Positions 35,450 to 44,827 of a stretch of 58,446 bases of DNA are shown in pieces. The DNA lies in IMG/VR virus record IMGVR_UViG_3300025597_000001; one strand, written 5' to 3'. Made by a program: the position numbers and the translations under genes. The notes under the pieces were generated by a model, which was not told where the DNA came from, made no database searches, and saw only the letters and a list, made by a program, of their open reading frames with translations. The first letter of the stretch is position 1, and each line of letters opens with the position of its first letter. Source of the stretch: a virus.

Positions 35450-36210
35450 AAAGAATCAGGATAGGAAATGACTTTGTCATTGACTGGGAGATAATAAGAA
35501 ACGGAACATCAGAGAATTTAACTCTTATCGAAAATCCATCATTGACAGTTCGTGTTTTAGGGAAAACAAAATACGTTCCTTTTAAAATTGGAGCTGGGAT
35601 GATTCAGATTGAATTTACGCCTTCAATATGCGACACATTAGGGGTATATAATTTAGAGTTTTCCTATGAAATACCAGATGAAGGATTATCTGATTTAGAA
35701 AGAAAATGTACGATAGACATTGACGCTTTTGAGATTGTACCTAAAAGTGCACTAGCAGACGATGCCGGAGCTTTTGCGTTGTCATCGGATTTAGCTATAG
35801 GATTTAAGGGTGATGAAGGAGACAGTGCCTATCAGGTGTGGCTGAATGCAGGGAACATCGGGACTGTTGACGATTATTTAGCTTCTTTAAAAGGAGAAAA
35901 AGGAGATGCTTTTACTTATGATGATTTTACTCCTGAACAACTTACTTTATTAAAAGGAGAAAAAGGAGATAATGGAGATAGCGCCTATCAGGTTTGGCTT
36001 GACGCTGGAAATACTGGAACTGTTGAAGATTTCTTTTTAAGTCTTAAAGGTGATAAGGGGGAAAGCGCTTATCAGATATGGTTAAATGAAGGCAATACAG
36101 GAACAGTGGAAGATTTCTTATTGAGTTTAAAAGGAGAAAAAGGAGATATGGCGGACATATCGATGACGGTAAATGAATTTGGAGATTTAATAGCAACAAT
36201 ATATAATTAA
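35446..36210 (+). CDS. Tail fibre protein with collagen-like G-x-K-G-D / SAYQVWL repeats
   Basis: 254 aa with three units of GD(S)AYQ(V/I)WL(N/D)xGN(I/T)GTV(D/E)D(Y/F)LxSLKG(E/D)KG. Confidence 0.65.
   Translation: MKRIRIGNDFVIDWEIIRNGTSENLTLIENPSLTVRVLGKTKYVPFKIGAGMIQIEFTPSICDTLGVYNLEFSYEIPDEGLSDLERKCTIDIDAFEIVPKSALADDAGAFALSSDLAIGFKGDEGDSAYQVWLNAGNIGTVDDYLASLKGEKGDAFTYDDFTPEQLTLLKGEKGDNGDSAYQVWLDAGNTGTVEDFFLSLKGDKGESAYQIWLNEGNTGTVEDFLLSLKGEKGDMADISMTVNEFGDLIATIYN
35806..36147 (+). repeat. In-frame tandem repeat region (three units of about 30-45 aa) in the fibre gene
   Basis: Residues 121-234 of the ORF. The DNA units begin near 35818, 35971 and 36061. Confidence 0.7.
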
Positions 36211-36213
36211 ACT

Positions 36214-36690
36214 ATGGCAACAACAATTAATTTAGGAAAAATAAGACCGTACGATGCTGGAGAGTGGAGTGCAACATACGCAGGAGGATATGACGTTTTA
36301 AACATTGTTACATACAATGGTGGAAGTTTTATGTCTAAAGTAACGGAAAACATATATCCCATAACAAATAGGACAAAGTGGATTCCATTAACAGATGGAG
36401 AAAAGATAATAGGCGCAGAAGAAGTAGTAGCAACCGACCTCAACGCATTAGCTGAAAGAGTAGCAGCTTTGGAGGCTGCATTTAGGAATATGGTAATAAG
36501 TAAGATAGAAGTTGACAGCATTGACGTTCTTAAAGATTTGAATTATCAAGGCAGACCGCTATTTATCGTGTCAAATGTAGCACCTGCGGTTGTCCCTGAT
36601 GGCGTTCCGCAATTCTATATTAACACGGCAACAGGAGACCTTTATTCAGCAAAAGCAAGCGATGCAGTAAGTGATTGGATTTTAAAATAA
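36214..36690 (+). CDS. Tail fibre/baseplate-associated protein
   Basis: 158-aa ORF within the fibre block. Confidence 0.45.
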   Translation: MATTINLGKIRPYDAGEWSATYAGGYDVLNIVTYNGGSFMSKVTENIYPITNRTKWIPLTDGEKIIGAEEVVATDLNALAERVAALEAAFRNMVISKIEVDSIDVLKDLNYQGRPLFIVSNVAPAVVPDGVPQFYINTATGDLYSAKASDAVSDWILK

Positions 36691-36697
36691 ATAAGAT

Positions 36698-38014
36698 ATG
36701 AAAAATATAAATAATTATCAGAATTTAGCTGCCTACACGGCAGATGTGAATAGACCAACCGACCAAAATACGGTAAGTCTTATAAAAGACGTTAACATTA
36801 TCAAACGGCAGGGAGTGAATGTTATTGTCCCTACAATCTATTGCGCAGTGGGTGATACAGTCATCTATGATACCGTTGATTTGAAATATAAGGTTATCAA
36901 ACAAGGGACGGTAAACAGAACTCTTCTTTTTCTTTCGTCAAGATACATCATAACTGGTGTTGTGGCTTCACGGACAAATACTTCGGCTTTGATAGACGCA
37001 GGGGTGCAGGTAAGCAAGCAATGGGCTGCATCATACAAAGTAAAAATGAGTGGATTCTCATTTGTTGCGGATGGAAGTTTTACTATAACAATTAATTCTA
37101 CTACTACGGCAATTATTAATTATACAACAACTGACACACTTGCTACGTTAGCCGTAAAGATGCAGGACGCAATACGTGCAATAATGACTGCACATCCTGC
37201 CGGATGGACTGTAACAGCTTATGCCGACTATATAATTGTAGAACAAAATTCATACACTCCGAATGTAACTGTATTTACCTGTTCTGACACAAATGTAACT
37301 ATAAATAAGTTAACAGGAAATTATCAAACAGCATTGACCGGACTTCAGACGCCGTCAACGAAAATTCACAGGAATGATGGAACTTTAGAATATTTTGCAG
37401 GTGCGAATTTTTGGAAATTTAAACAGTTTTATTCTGTAAGTGGAGGAGATTTGGTTAATCAGACTTTGACAAGTTCAGGTGTGATAAAAGAATCGAGGTT
37501 CAATGCTACGGACAATCCTATTCTGTTCAATTATTACAAGACATACGACAATTATCTACAAGCTAAAATGGTGAAGAAGTCGTATTCAAAAGGAGTTATT
37601 ACGGACAAAAGCGGACAACTCAACACGCAAAAATTGGCTGGCGTGAAATACAATGACCATGACGGTACTATTTCACCTGCCTATCCCGCAGCGGATTATT
37701 GCAATTCATACGCAGTTGCAGGAACAAAACATCTTGCTGGCTCGTGGTGGCTACCATCAGTTTGGGAATTAGAACAAATTATCAGCAAGATAACTAACGG
37801 AATAACAGGCGTTGAGCTGGATGCTATGACAAAAGGATTTATCGAGGCTGGATTAACGCCTACAATTTTAGACCTAATGTATAAAAGCTCTTGTGAATAT
37901 AATAGCCTGTATTCGTGGGTATATAATGGCATTACTGGTGCTTTCTATCATGCAATTGATAAATATTTATTGCATTTTTCACGTGTTATTTCAAATCTTA
38001 TTCTTGAACCTTAA
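36698..38014 (+). CDS. Putative receptor-binding/tail fibre protein
   Basis: 438 aa, T/S/N-rich, followed by a chaperone-like small ORF. Confidence 0.45.
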   Translation: MKNINNYQNLAAYTADVNRPTDQNTVSLIKDVNIIKRQGVNVIVPTIYCAVGDTVIYDTVDLKYKVIKQGTVNRTLLFLSSRYIITGVVASRTNTSALIDAGVQVSKQWAASYKVKMSGFSFVADGSFTITINSTTTAIINYTTTDTLATLAVKMQDAIRAIMTAHPAGWTVTAYADYIIVEQNSYTPNVTVFTCSDTNVTINKLTGNYQTALTGLQTPSTKIHRNDGTLEYFAGANFWKFKQFYSVSGGDLVNQTLTSSGVIKESRFNATDNPILFNYYKTYDNYLQAKMVKKSYSKGVITDKSGQLNTQKLAGVKYNDHDGTISPAYPAADYCNSYAVAGTKHLAGSWWLPSVWELEQIISKITNGITGVELDAMTKGFIEAGLTPTILDLMYKSSCEYNSLYSWVYNGITGAFYHAIDKYLLHFSRVISNLILEP

Positions 38015-38025
38015 AACTTAAAGTT

Positions 38026-38274
38026 ATGTATCAAAAGGAAATTAATGAGAAGTATCAGAAGATACACGAATTACGCTCTTATTTGAAATCAACGGATTAC
38101 ATGAATCTACGGCATGATGATGAACCGGACAAGGTGATGAGCGAAGAAGTGAAAGAAATGCGAATCAATGCACGGAATGAAATTAACGTGCTTCAAAGTG
38201 AAATTAAAGAGTTGGAAGCGTTGGAAGAGGAATACCTTAAAACAATAAATGCACATCCCAATGAAAATTACTGA
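38026..38274 (+). CDS. Tail-fibre assembly chaperone-like protein
   Basis: 82 aa. LKSTDYMNLRHDDEPDKVMSEEVKEMRINARNEI resembles the L-x-x-TDW...R...P...R motif of fibre assembly proteins. Confidence 0.4.
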   Translation: MYQKEINEKYQKIHELRSYLKSTDYMNLRHDDEPDKVMSEEVKEMRINARNEINVLQSEIKELEALEEEYLKTINAHPNENY

Positions 38275-38509
38275 CAAAATGCTGCATTTTGGCATTAGCT
38301 TTTTAATCGTTTCAACCGTATTTTTATACTGCAATTTATTTGGTTTATCGCTCGTTTGGAGTTGTGTATTATCCAACGTGGTGGCTATCTCATTTGGAGT
38401 GGTGAAGGAGATAATCGACTTGAAATGGGATTGGAAAGATATATTGGCGGATGTGGCGGGAGTTGTGGCGGGTGATGTTATTATTGGAATTATACTTTTA
38501 ATTAAATGA
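38261..38509 (+). CDS. Small multi-pass membrane protein
   Basis: Three hydrophobic segments: HFGISFLIVSTVFLY, LSLVWSCVLSNVVAISFG and LADVAGVVAGDVIIGIILL. The start could be 38249 or 38261. Confidence 0.5.
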   Translation: MKITDKMLHFGISFLIVSTVFLYCNLFGLSLVWSCVLSNVVAISFGVVKEIIDLKWDWKDILADVAGVVAGDVIIGIILLIK

Positions 38510-41500
38510 AAAGATATTTTAAATCAGATGATACCTATATTCAGGATATTGTTCTTCAACCAGGAACATATACTTTTTGGGCTTACATAAAAAGTGAGTT
38601 CGGGGATAAATATACCTTTGCTTTGGCCAATGAAGCTGATGAGTGGGAAGTCTTCGATGTAGATGTTCAACAAGGTTTATGGACAAAAGCATATATTATC
38701 TTCACAATTACCGAAAAAAAAGTAAAATTAAACCTGATAAAAAGATATTTCGACCCGTCTCATCCGGTATATGTTCTTAATCCACAAATAATAAAAGGAA
38801 ACATTCCGTCCGATGCGGGAGCAAGTCCGTTCGATATAGACCAAATAACAGATGACTTGCATGATGAAATTACAAGTATATCTGATTTCACGAATGATGA
38901 GTTCGCCGATAAGGTTTTAAGTTCAGGAGAAAGAGTTTCCTTAAAGCGTGATTTAGAAACTGTAGAAGTTATCTTTCAAAGTCTAAAAGGAAGTTTTGAT
39001 AAGTTAATAATTAATCCTTTTATATCAGCAGATGTCATAAATGACTTAATAACAAAATACAATGAAGTTGCATCGGCAAAGACAGTGTTTTTTGGTGTTA
39101 TAAACGGTATCATAGATGGTGATGGTGTAATTTCACAAGATGAAATAGACAGTAAGAATGAAAAATTAGATGCACTTAATAATGCCATATATGAGTACAA
39201 TATGGCAGAAAAGGAGATTGCCAACTCAATGGGGGAGGATTATACCCAGAAGATAGACGAGGCAATTGTAAAAGCAACGTATTGGTCAGTTAAATCAAGT
39301 TCACCTGTAATTTATAAGAATGCTTCCGATGCGAGCACAAGTGGTTCACACGTGCCTATAACTGTATCGGGTGAATTAAGAAGTGGAACAACAACTACGC
39401 AGGGAGGATTTATAACGGTTACGCCAAACGGAGAAACAGAGGCTGGTACAGCAACGGCAAGTCCTGTAACTATCGCTCCCGCAAACGGAGACGGAAAAAC
39501 TTCATATACAGTCAGACTTTACGATACAGCTTCAAAAACAACGCTGCTCGACACGATGACTATCCCTGTCGTTTTCAAGGGTGCAAGCGGAGTGAATGCT
39601 ATCAGTGTAGTGTTGAGCAACGAGGCAGATGTTTTACCTGCTTCACCAGAAGGAGTTGTTTCTGATTATTCAGGTTCTGGTACTACTATTAGAGTATTTG
39701 AAGGTGCAACCGAATTAGATTATGACGGAATAGGTACTGCTAATGGTAAATTTAATGTAACCGCAGGGGAAGATGAAATAACAGTAGGAACAAAAAGCAA
39801 AAGCGGATTAATGTGTATATTCGGAGATGCCTCAGACATGACTTCTGACAATGCCTCTATAACATTTATTATAACTGGTAAAACTCAATCGGGTGATTCG
39901 TTTAGTATTATAAAGAGACAGTCTTTGAGTAAAAGCAAGGCAGGAACTAATGGGGTTTCCATAACATTAGTAGATGTTGAATTTGCAAAGAATACAAACC
40001 CCACTACACCTCCAACGACAGGATGGAGTACAACATCACCCACGCTTTCGGAAGGAGAACAGCTTTGGACGAGAACAAAAACTACTTATTCAAGCGGAAG
40101 TCCTACTTATACCACTCCCGCTAATATCACCCCTAAAAAAGGAGATGTTGGTACTGGCGTTGAAAGCGTAACAGAAGAATATGCTATATCTACTTCTAAA
40201 ACAGTTCAACCTACGACCGGATGGAGCACAACTCAACCCGCTTGGGTACAGGGACAATATATTTGGTCGAGAGTTAAGGTAGTTTATAAAAATCCACCTT
40301 CCACTGTTTATATGGGTTATGCTGTTTCAAGTGAATGGGAGGCTATTAATGATATTGAGATAGGCGGAAGAAACTTATTGCTAAACAGCAAGGGTAAATT
40401 TGTTGTGTCTGCCGAAGATACTGGTCAAGAAAGCGATAATTGGCAACATTATCGATTTTATTGTAATATGGCACTTAATGAGCAATATACTATAAGTGCC
40501 GACATAGAAATAGACGAAGGAAGTTTTACGCAGGTTACAGTTTATCCATATCCCGATGGTGTAAGTGCAAATGTTGATATTCCTTCAAATGGAAGGATAA
40601 AACACACATTTACAAAGACCAATGCAACGACAAATAGTGTGCTTATTTACGCCGGAATAGCTGGTGCTACAAGAGGAAATGGAATTTTTATAAGAGAAGT
40701 AAAAATAGAGAAAGGAAATAAAGCAACTGAATGGACGCCCGCACCCGAAGACGTAGAAGCTGATATTCTTAAAGCCGAAGGATATATGAAGTTTCGCTAT
40801 CTAAGAGATTGGATTCAGGGAAGTTCGGTAGATAATAATAATAGGTGGAAGCGCATAAAAATTATAGATAAAAATGGATTTGATTTAGCTTTTAATAAAC
40901 CGGTAACATCAAATGGAACATTCAATACTAATTATCCTGCATCGAACATTGTAGATAATAATCTGACAACTTATGCACAAATAGACGGAACATCACCTGC
41001 AACGCTGAATTACGTACAGGTTGATTTATTGCAAGTAAGAAATAATGTTGATCACGTTCAGATTCATCACTATCACGATGATGGGCGTACATTTAATTCA
41101 ACAAAGACCGAAATATCGGAAGATGGTGTAAATTGGACTACTATATTCGATAGTGCTAAAAGCTGGACGTATAAGGAGACTGTTTACGGAAATACCATAT
41201 CTTTCAGGACGCAGAATTTAGAAGCAACCATATTAAGGAGCGGGGCACTTTCAGATAGATTTAGTGGATTTGATGGGGGATTAGCAACGGCTGTTATCAT
41301 GGAAATGAGAGAACCTTCGACCACGACCAGAGGTGATGCAACGGCTGGTTTGTCGGGAATAAAAGGAACGGATGGTGATTTACCTGCCTTTTGGGCTGGC
41401 GGAACGTATCAGAATGCATTGGACGGAGTTGCGAAAACAATATTAAACCATGATGGAAGTGGACACTTGGCTGGTGGAAATATATCATGGGATGTTAATG

Positions 41501-42225
41501 GGAATGCTGAATTTGCTGGGGCGATAGACGCTGAAAGTGGATATATCGGCTCTCTCGAAATAAAATCTGATGGATACATCGATTTGCCGCCTACATTTTC
41601 AGACCAAAAAGGCCGGTTAGACAATAGCGGATTAAAACTTATTTATGATGGAAGTAGTTCACAAAAGATAGAATGGTACACTGGTCTTGGAACGTTTGCT
41701 GGTAGCATACAACCAAATTATGACGGACATTTAAGAATTGAATCAAGTTTTGGAGTAAGAATTGAATCTGGTTATGATATTTATCTTGGATACGAAGGCT
41801 TGTTCAATGATATATTTATAGGGAACTCGTCCGCAACCATAAAATTTGGTGGAAGTAAATTAGACAACATTCAGAAAATAACAAATTTAGGATTTCCGCA
41901 AATGGCTTATTCAACATTAGCGATGGTAGATAATACAATTTATACTATTAATACAGATACCTCGTTGTTGGTTGTTACAAGTGCCGGGTCTAATTCTGGA
42001 ATTTTTAAAATCAATGCAGGAGGAGGTGGTGTTTCTCCCACAAATGGAATGGTTAAAATTGTTTTAAATGTATCAACATCCATAGTAAGATTTAAGTGTA
42101 CAACAGCGGGTTCAAACATTAAATACCATCAGATTAATCAAGAATTTCAATTAGGTGGAAACGCATTGGCTATTCTTGTATATTATGGCGGATATTGGAG
42201 AATACACATGGATTGGGGGCAATAA
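38506..42225 (+). CDS. Large tail fibre/host-specificity protein with discoidin (F5/8 type C)-like domain
   Basis: 1239 aa. It has duplicated TTGWSTT(S/Q)P...(Q)(L/I)W(T/S)R motifs. NIVDNNLTTYAQIDG...YVQVDLLQV...ISEDGVNWTTIFD is typical of galactose-binding-like domains. Confidence 0.65.
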   Translation: MKRYFKSDDTYIQDIVLQPGTYTFWAYIKSEFGDKYTFALANEADEWEVFDVDVQQGLWTKAYIIFTITEKKVKLNLIKRYFDPSHPVYVLNPQIIKGNIPSDAGASPFDIDQITDDLHDEITSISDFTNDEFADKVLSSGERVSLKRDLETVEVIFQSLKGSFDKLIINPFISADVINDLITKYNEVASAKTVFFGVINGIIDGDGVISQDEIDSKNEKLDALNNAIYEYNMAEKEIANSMGEDYTQKIDEAIVKATYWSVKSSSPVIYKNASDASTSGSHVPITVSGELRSGTTTTQGGFITVTPNGETEAGTATASPVTIAPANGDGKTSYTVRLYDTASKTTLLDTMTIPVVFKGASGVNAISVVLSNEADVLPASPEGVVSDYSGSGTTIRVFEGATELDYDGIGTANGKFNVTAGEDEITVGTKSKSGLMCIFGDASDMTSDNASITFIITGKTQSGDSFSIIKRQSLSKSKAGTNGVSITLVDVEFAKNTNPTTPPTTGWSTTSPTLSEGEQLWTRTKTTYSSGSPTYTTPANITPKKGDVGTGVESVTEEYAISTSKTVQPTTGWSTTQPAWVQGQYIWSRVKVVYKNPPSTVYMGYAVSSEWEAINDIEIGGRNLLLNSKGKFVVSAEDTGQESDNWQHYRFYCNMALNEQYTISADIEIDEGSFTQVTVYPYPDGVSANVDIPSNGRIKHTFTKTNATTNSVLIYAGIAGATRGNGIFIREVKIEKGNKATEWTPAPEDVEADILKAEGYMKFRYLRDWIQGSSVDNNNRWKRIKIIDKNGFDLAFNKPVTSNGTFNTNYPASNIVDNNLTTYAQIDGTSPATLNYVQVDLLQVRNNVDHVQIHHYHDDGRTFNSTKTEISEDGVNWTTIFDSAKSWTYKETVYGNTISFRTQNLEATILRSGALSDRFSGFDGGLATAVIMEMREPSTTTRGDATAGLSGIKGTDGDLPAFWAGGTYQNALDGVAKTILNHDGSGHLAGGNISWDVNGNAEFAGAIDAESGYIGSLEIKSDGYIDLPPTFSDQKGRLDNSGLKLIYDGSSSQKIEWYTGLGTFAGSIQPNYDGHLRIESSFGVRIESGYDIYLGYEGLFNDIFIGNSSATIKFGGSKLDNIQKITNLGFPQMAYSTLAMVDNTIYTINTDTSLLVVTSAGSNSGIFKINAGGGGVSPTNGMVKIVLNVSTSIVRFKCTTAGSNIKYHQINQEFQLGGNALAILVYYGGYWRIHMDWGQ

Positions 42226-42242
42226 TATTAAAAAATATAATT

Positions 42243-42521
42243 ATGGAATTTAAAGAGCAATCTAAAAAACAAATAGTTGTTGTAAATTACGAAGTAATAA
42301 ATAATGGCTATAAATATGATATAGAAGTAAATGGTTCATTGATTACGATGAAAATATACACAAATAAAGAAACCATTTTAAAGGATGGAAGTATGTCGTT
42401 TGAACAAAGTGCATTTCCTGTTGGAATTATTTCTTTACAAGATGGGAATAAAAGAATAGCCATGCATGGAGATATAGACGAACATATAAAAGTGTTTAAT
42501 GAATTTATTAAAACATTATGA
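42243..42521 (+). CDS. Hypothetical protein
   Basis: ATG at 42243, after the fibre stop region. Confidence 0.45.
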   Translation: MEFKEQSKKQIVVVNYEVINNGYKYDIEVNGSLITMKIYTNKETILKDGSMSFEQSAFPVGIISLQDGNKRIAMHGDIDEHIKVFNEFIKTL

Positions 42522-42778
42522 AAACAATAGATTTATCGAAACTACAAGTAGAGCTATTAGACGGCTCAACGATGGAATATGACCTGTCAAAAGAATTGGC
42601 AGAAGTGATATTTAAAAGTACACAGAGTTTAGCAGAACATTCGTTTTGTTTAGATTTATACAAGAATCCTGTAATTGAACTTACCGAAGAAAACAAAGCT
42701 ATTATTGAGAAGTACGTTCAGGGCTACTTTAAGGCGTTTGTTCAGGTAGCATTTAAGAAACTTTTAAATGAGACTTAG
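42518..42778 (+). CDS. Hypothetical protein
   Basis: 86 aa, ATGA-coupled. Confidence 0.5.
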   Translation: MKTIDLSKLQVELLDGSTMEYDLSKELAEVIFKSTQSLAEHSFCLDLYKNPVIELTEENKAIIEKYVQGYFKAFVQVAFKKLLNET

Positions 42779-42780
42779 TC

Positions 42781-42960
42781 ATGCAACTATACATTAAATT
42801 CGGAAGTATAATAAAATTTCAAGAGTTACTCGATAAAGGTGATTATTTGAAAGGTGTTTTAAAGATACGAGGAATTAATGTTTACGAAATAACGACTTAT
42901 GATATTTTTGAAATAATTAAGATTTTAGAAACTAACGGAGTAAATTACGAAATAAAATAA
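42781..42960 (+). CDS. Small hypothetical protein (59 aa)
   Basis: Hand-translated MQLYIKFGSIIKFQELLDKGDYLKGVLKIRGINVYEITTYDIFEIIKILETNGVNYEIK. Just below the track cutoff. Confidence 0.45.
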   Translation: MQLYIKFGSIIKFQELLDKGDYLKGVLKIRGINVYEITTYDIFEIIKILETNGVNYEIK

Positions 42961-42965
42961 TTATT

Positions 42966-43394
42966 ATGAATTGGGAATACTTGGTATCGGCACTAATTGG
43001 GCTTATCACCGGAGGCGGTGTATCTTGGTTATTTAGAATAAAAGGAGATAAAGCAGGTTCAGAAGCAGACGCAATTGATAAAGCAGCAGACGCAATGAAA
43101 AAACTACTTGATAACGCAGAACAACAGCAGACTACTTTTAATAGAATAATTGAAGGAAAAGACAAACTTATTGAGCAGCAGCAAAATCTCATTGAAGGTT
43201 ATAAAGTTGCACTTGACGAAGCAAATAAAAAACTGAAAGAACTTGAGTACAAGATAGCCGATAACGATAGAAAGATTTCCGGAATGCAAAAGATGATTGA
43301 TACAGCTATAAATGATAGAAGAATAGCAGAAGGTCTTGCGTGTTTTAATGATAAATGCGAACAACGAAAACCAAATAGCGATGAAAACAAGTAA
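42966..43394 (+). CDS. Membrane-anchored coiled-coil lysis protein (holin or spanin-like)
   Basis: An N-terminal TM (YLVSALIGLITGGGVSWLF) is followed by a long coiled coil. It overlaps the endolysin start. Confidence 0.45.
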   Translation: MNWEYLVSALIGLITGGGVSWLFRIKGDKAGSEADAIDKAADAMKKLLDNAEQQQTTFNRIIEGKDKLIEQQQNLIEGYKVALDEANKKLKELEYKIADNDRKISGMQKMIDTAINDRRIAEGLACFNDKCEQRKPNSDENK

Positions 43395-43812
43395 CAACGG
43401 AATTGAATTTATAAAAAGGCATGAAGTATTACGACTGAATGCCTATAAATGTACATCAGGGAAGCCGACTATAGGTTACGGACATACAAAAGGAGTTAAG
43501 ATTGGTCAGACAATAACAAAAGAAGAGGCTGAACGACTTTTCAGAGAAGATTTAATTGTAGCTGAAAACGAAATAAACAGACACAATCTCAATCTTAATC
43601 AAAACCAATTTGACGCTCTGGTAAGTTTTGTCTTCAACGTGGGAATTGGAAACTTTCAAACCTCAACACTATTAAAGAAAATAAAGTTAGACCCGAATAA
43701 TGAAAGCATTGAAAACGAGTTTAAGAGGTGGATATATAGTGGCGGTAAGGTTTCACTCGGTTTAATTAAGCGAAGAAAAGAAGAAGCAGAATTATATTTT
43801 AGCAAAAACTAA
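43381..43812 (+). CDS. Endolysin, GH24 (T4/lambda-type lysozyme) family
   Basis: IEFIKRHEVLRLNAYKCTSGKPTIGYGHT matches the E...(D)...T lysozyme core. Also QFDALVSFVFNVG. The ATG at 43381 is preferred. Confidence 0.8.
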   Translation: MKTSNNGIEFIKRHEVLRLNAYKCTSGKPTIGYGHTKGVKIGQTITKEEAERLFREDLIVAENEINRHNLNLNQNQFDALVSFVFNVGIGNFQTSTLLKKIKLDPNNESIENEFKRWIYSGGKVSLGLIKRRKEEAELYFSKN

Positions 43813-43816
43813 AGTT

Positions 43817-44185
43817 ATGAAAAAAATATTTATTGTACTACTTATTTTAACGACTTTTACAGCGTGTAAAACGAAAGAAATACTTGTACCAGTTGAGCAT
43901 GTTAAAATCGAGTATAAAGACAAGCTACGCATTGACAGCGTGTATAATCGAGATACTATGTATCTATTTACAGAAAATGACACTGTTTATCTTCAATCTA
44001 TAAAATGGAGAGAGCGTTTCAGGATTGATACAGTCAACCTTATAAAAGTTGATTCAATACCTTATAAGGTTGAAGTTATCAAAGAGGTAAATAAACTAAC
44101 GAAATGGCAACAAATAAGACTGGATGCATTAAACATTATTGTTATTCTCATTCTTATATACGCATTGATTAAAATCAAGTTATAG
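43817..44185 (+). CDS. Unimolecular spanin candidate (lipoprotein with C-terminal TM)
   Basis: Signal peptide and lipobox MKKIFIVLLILTTFTAC, with a C-terminal helix ALNIIVILILIYALI. Last gene of the lysis block. Confidence 0.5.
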   Translation: MKKIFIVLLILTTFTACKTKEILVPVEHVKIEYKDKLRIDSVYNRDTMYLFTENDTVYLQSIKWRERFRIDTVNLIKVDSIPYKVEVIKEVNKLTKWQQIRLDALNIIVILILIYALIKIKL

Positions 44186-44214
44186 CCTAAAATCATAAAC
44201 AATTGATATTCAAT

Positions 44215-44241
44215 AGCCACAGAAAACCCTGTGGCTTTTTT
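44215..44241 (+). terminator. Intrinsic terminator ending the late operon
   Basis: agccacag-aaaacc-ctgtggct followed by tttttt. Confidence 0.75.
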
Positions 44242-44283
44242 GTGTTAAATAATCTTAAATCATAGAAAATAGTTGACAAAATA

Positions 44284-44315
44284 TTTGGATTGTGTAAAAC
44301 CACGTATTATCTTTG
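44284..44315 (+). promoter_or_regulatory. Bacteroidota-type promoter of the rightward early/replication operon
   Basis: TTTG at 44284-44287, then 20 nt, then TATCTTTG at 44308-44315. Confidence 0.5.
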
Positions 44316-44356
44316 CACTACTAAAATAATTATTGGAAAATAAAAACTTACAAATT

Positions 44357-44560
44357 ATGAACTTACAAAATTATTACAAGTCTATTCCGGAGCATACATC
44401 TCCGAAGAGCAATTGGATTAGACAGACCGCTGAACGATTGGGCGTTTCAGAAGGCACTGTTAGAACATGGGTGTATGGGAAAAACCAACCACGTGATAGT
44501 AGAATTTTAAAACAATTATCAGAAATAACAGGAATACCAGAAAATGAACTATTTAATTAA
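44357..44560 (+). CDS. HTH transcriptional regulator (Cro/excisionase-sized)
   Basis: IRQTAERLGVSEGTVRTWVYG helix-turn-helix. The ATG at 44357 is preferred to the TTG at 44333. Confidence 0.6.
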   Translation: MNLQNYYKSIPEHTSPKSNWIRQTAERLGVSEGTVRTWVYGKNQPRDSRILKQLSEITGIPENELFN

Positions 44561-44566
44561 ACTAAA

Positions 44567-44809
44567 ATGAAAACAAAATTTAATCACGAGACCGTATTTG
44601 ACACGGCAAACAGACTGATGACGTTTATTATCCATCCACGTCTTCAAATTGTAGTCAATTTCAACGAATATGAAATCTCAATTATAAGAGATGGAGAAGT
44701 AATCGACAGAGAATGTTTCAAGGGAGAGCCATTTTCTTTAACAGACTTGGAACTTATTTTACAACAAGCAAACGAGGCAGCAGAAACTTTAAATGAATTT
44801 AAAAAGTAA
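44567..44809 (+). CDS. Hypothetical protein
   Basis: 80-aa ORF. Confidence 0.5.
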   Translation: MKTKFNHETVFDTANRLMTFIIHPRLQIVVNFNEYEISIIRDGEVIDRECFKGEPFSLTDLELILQQANEAAETLNEFKK

Positions 44810-44827
44810 CTATTAAAATTTATAATT

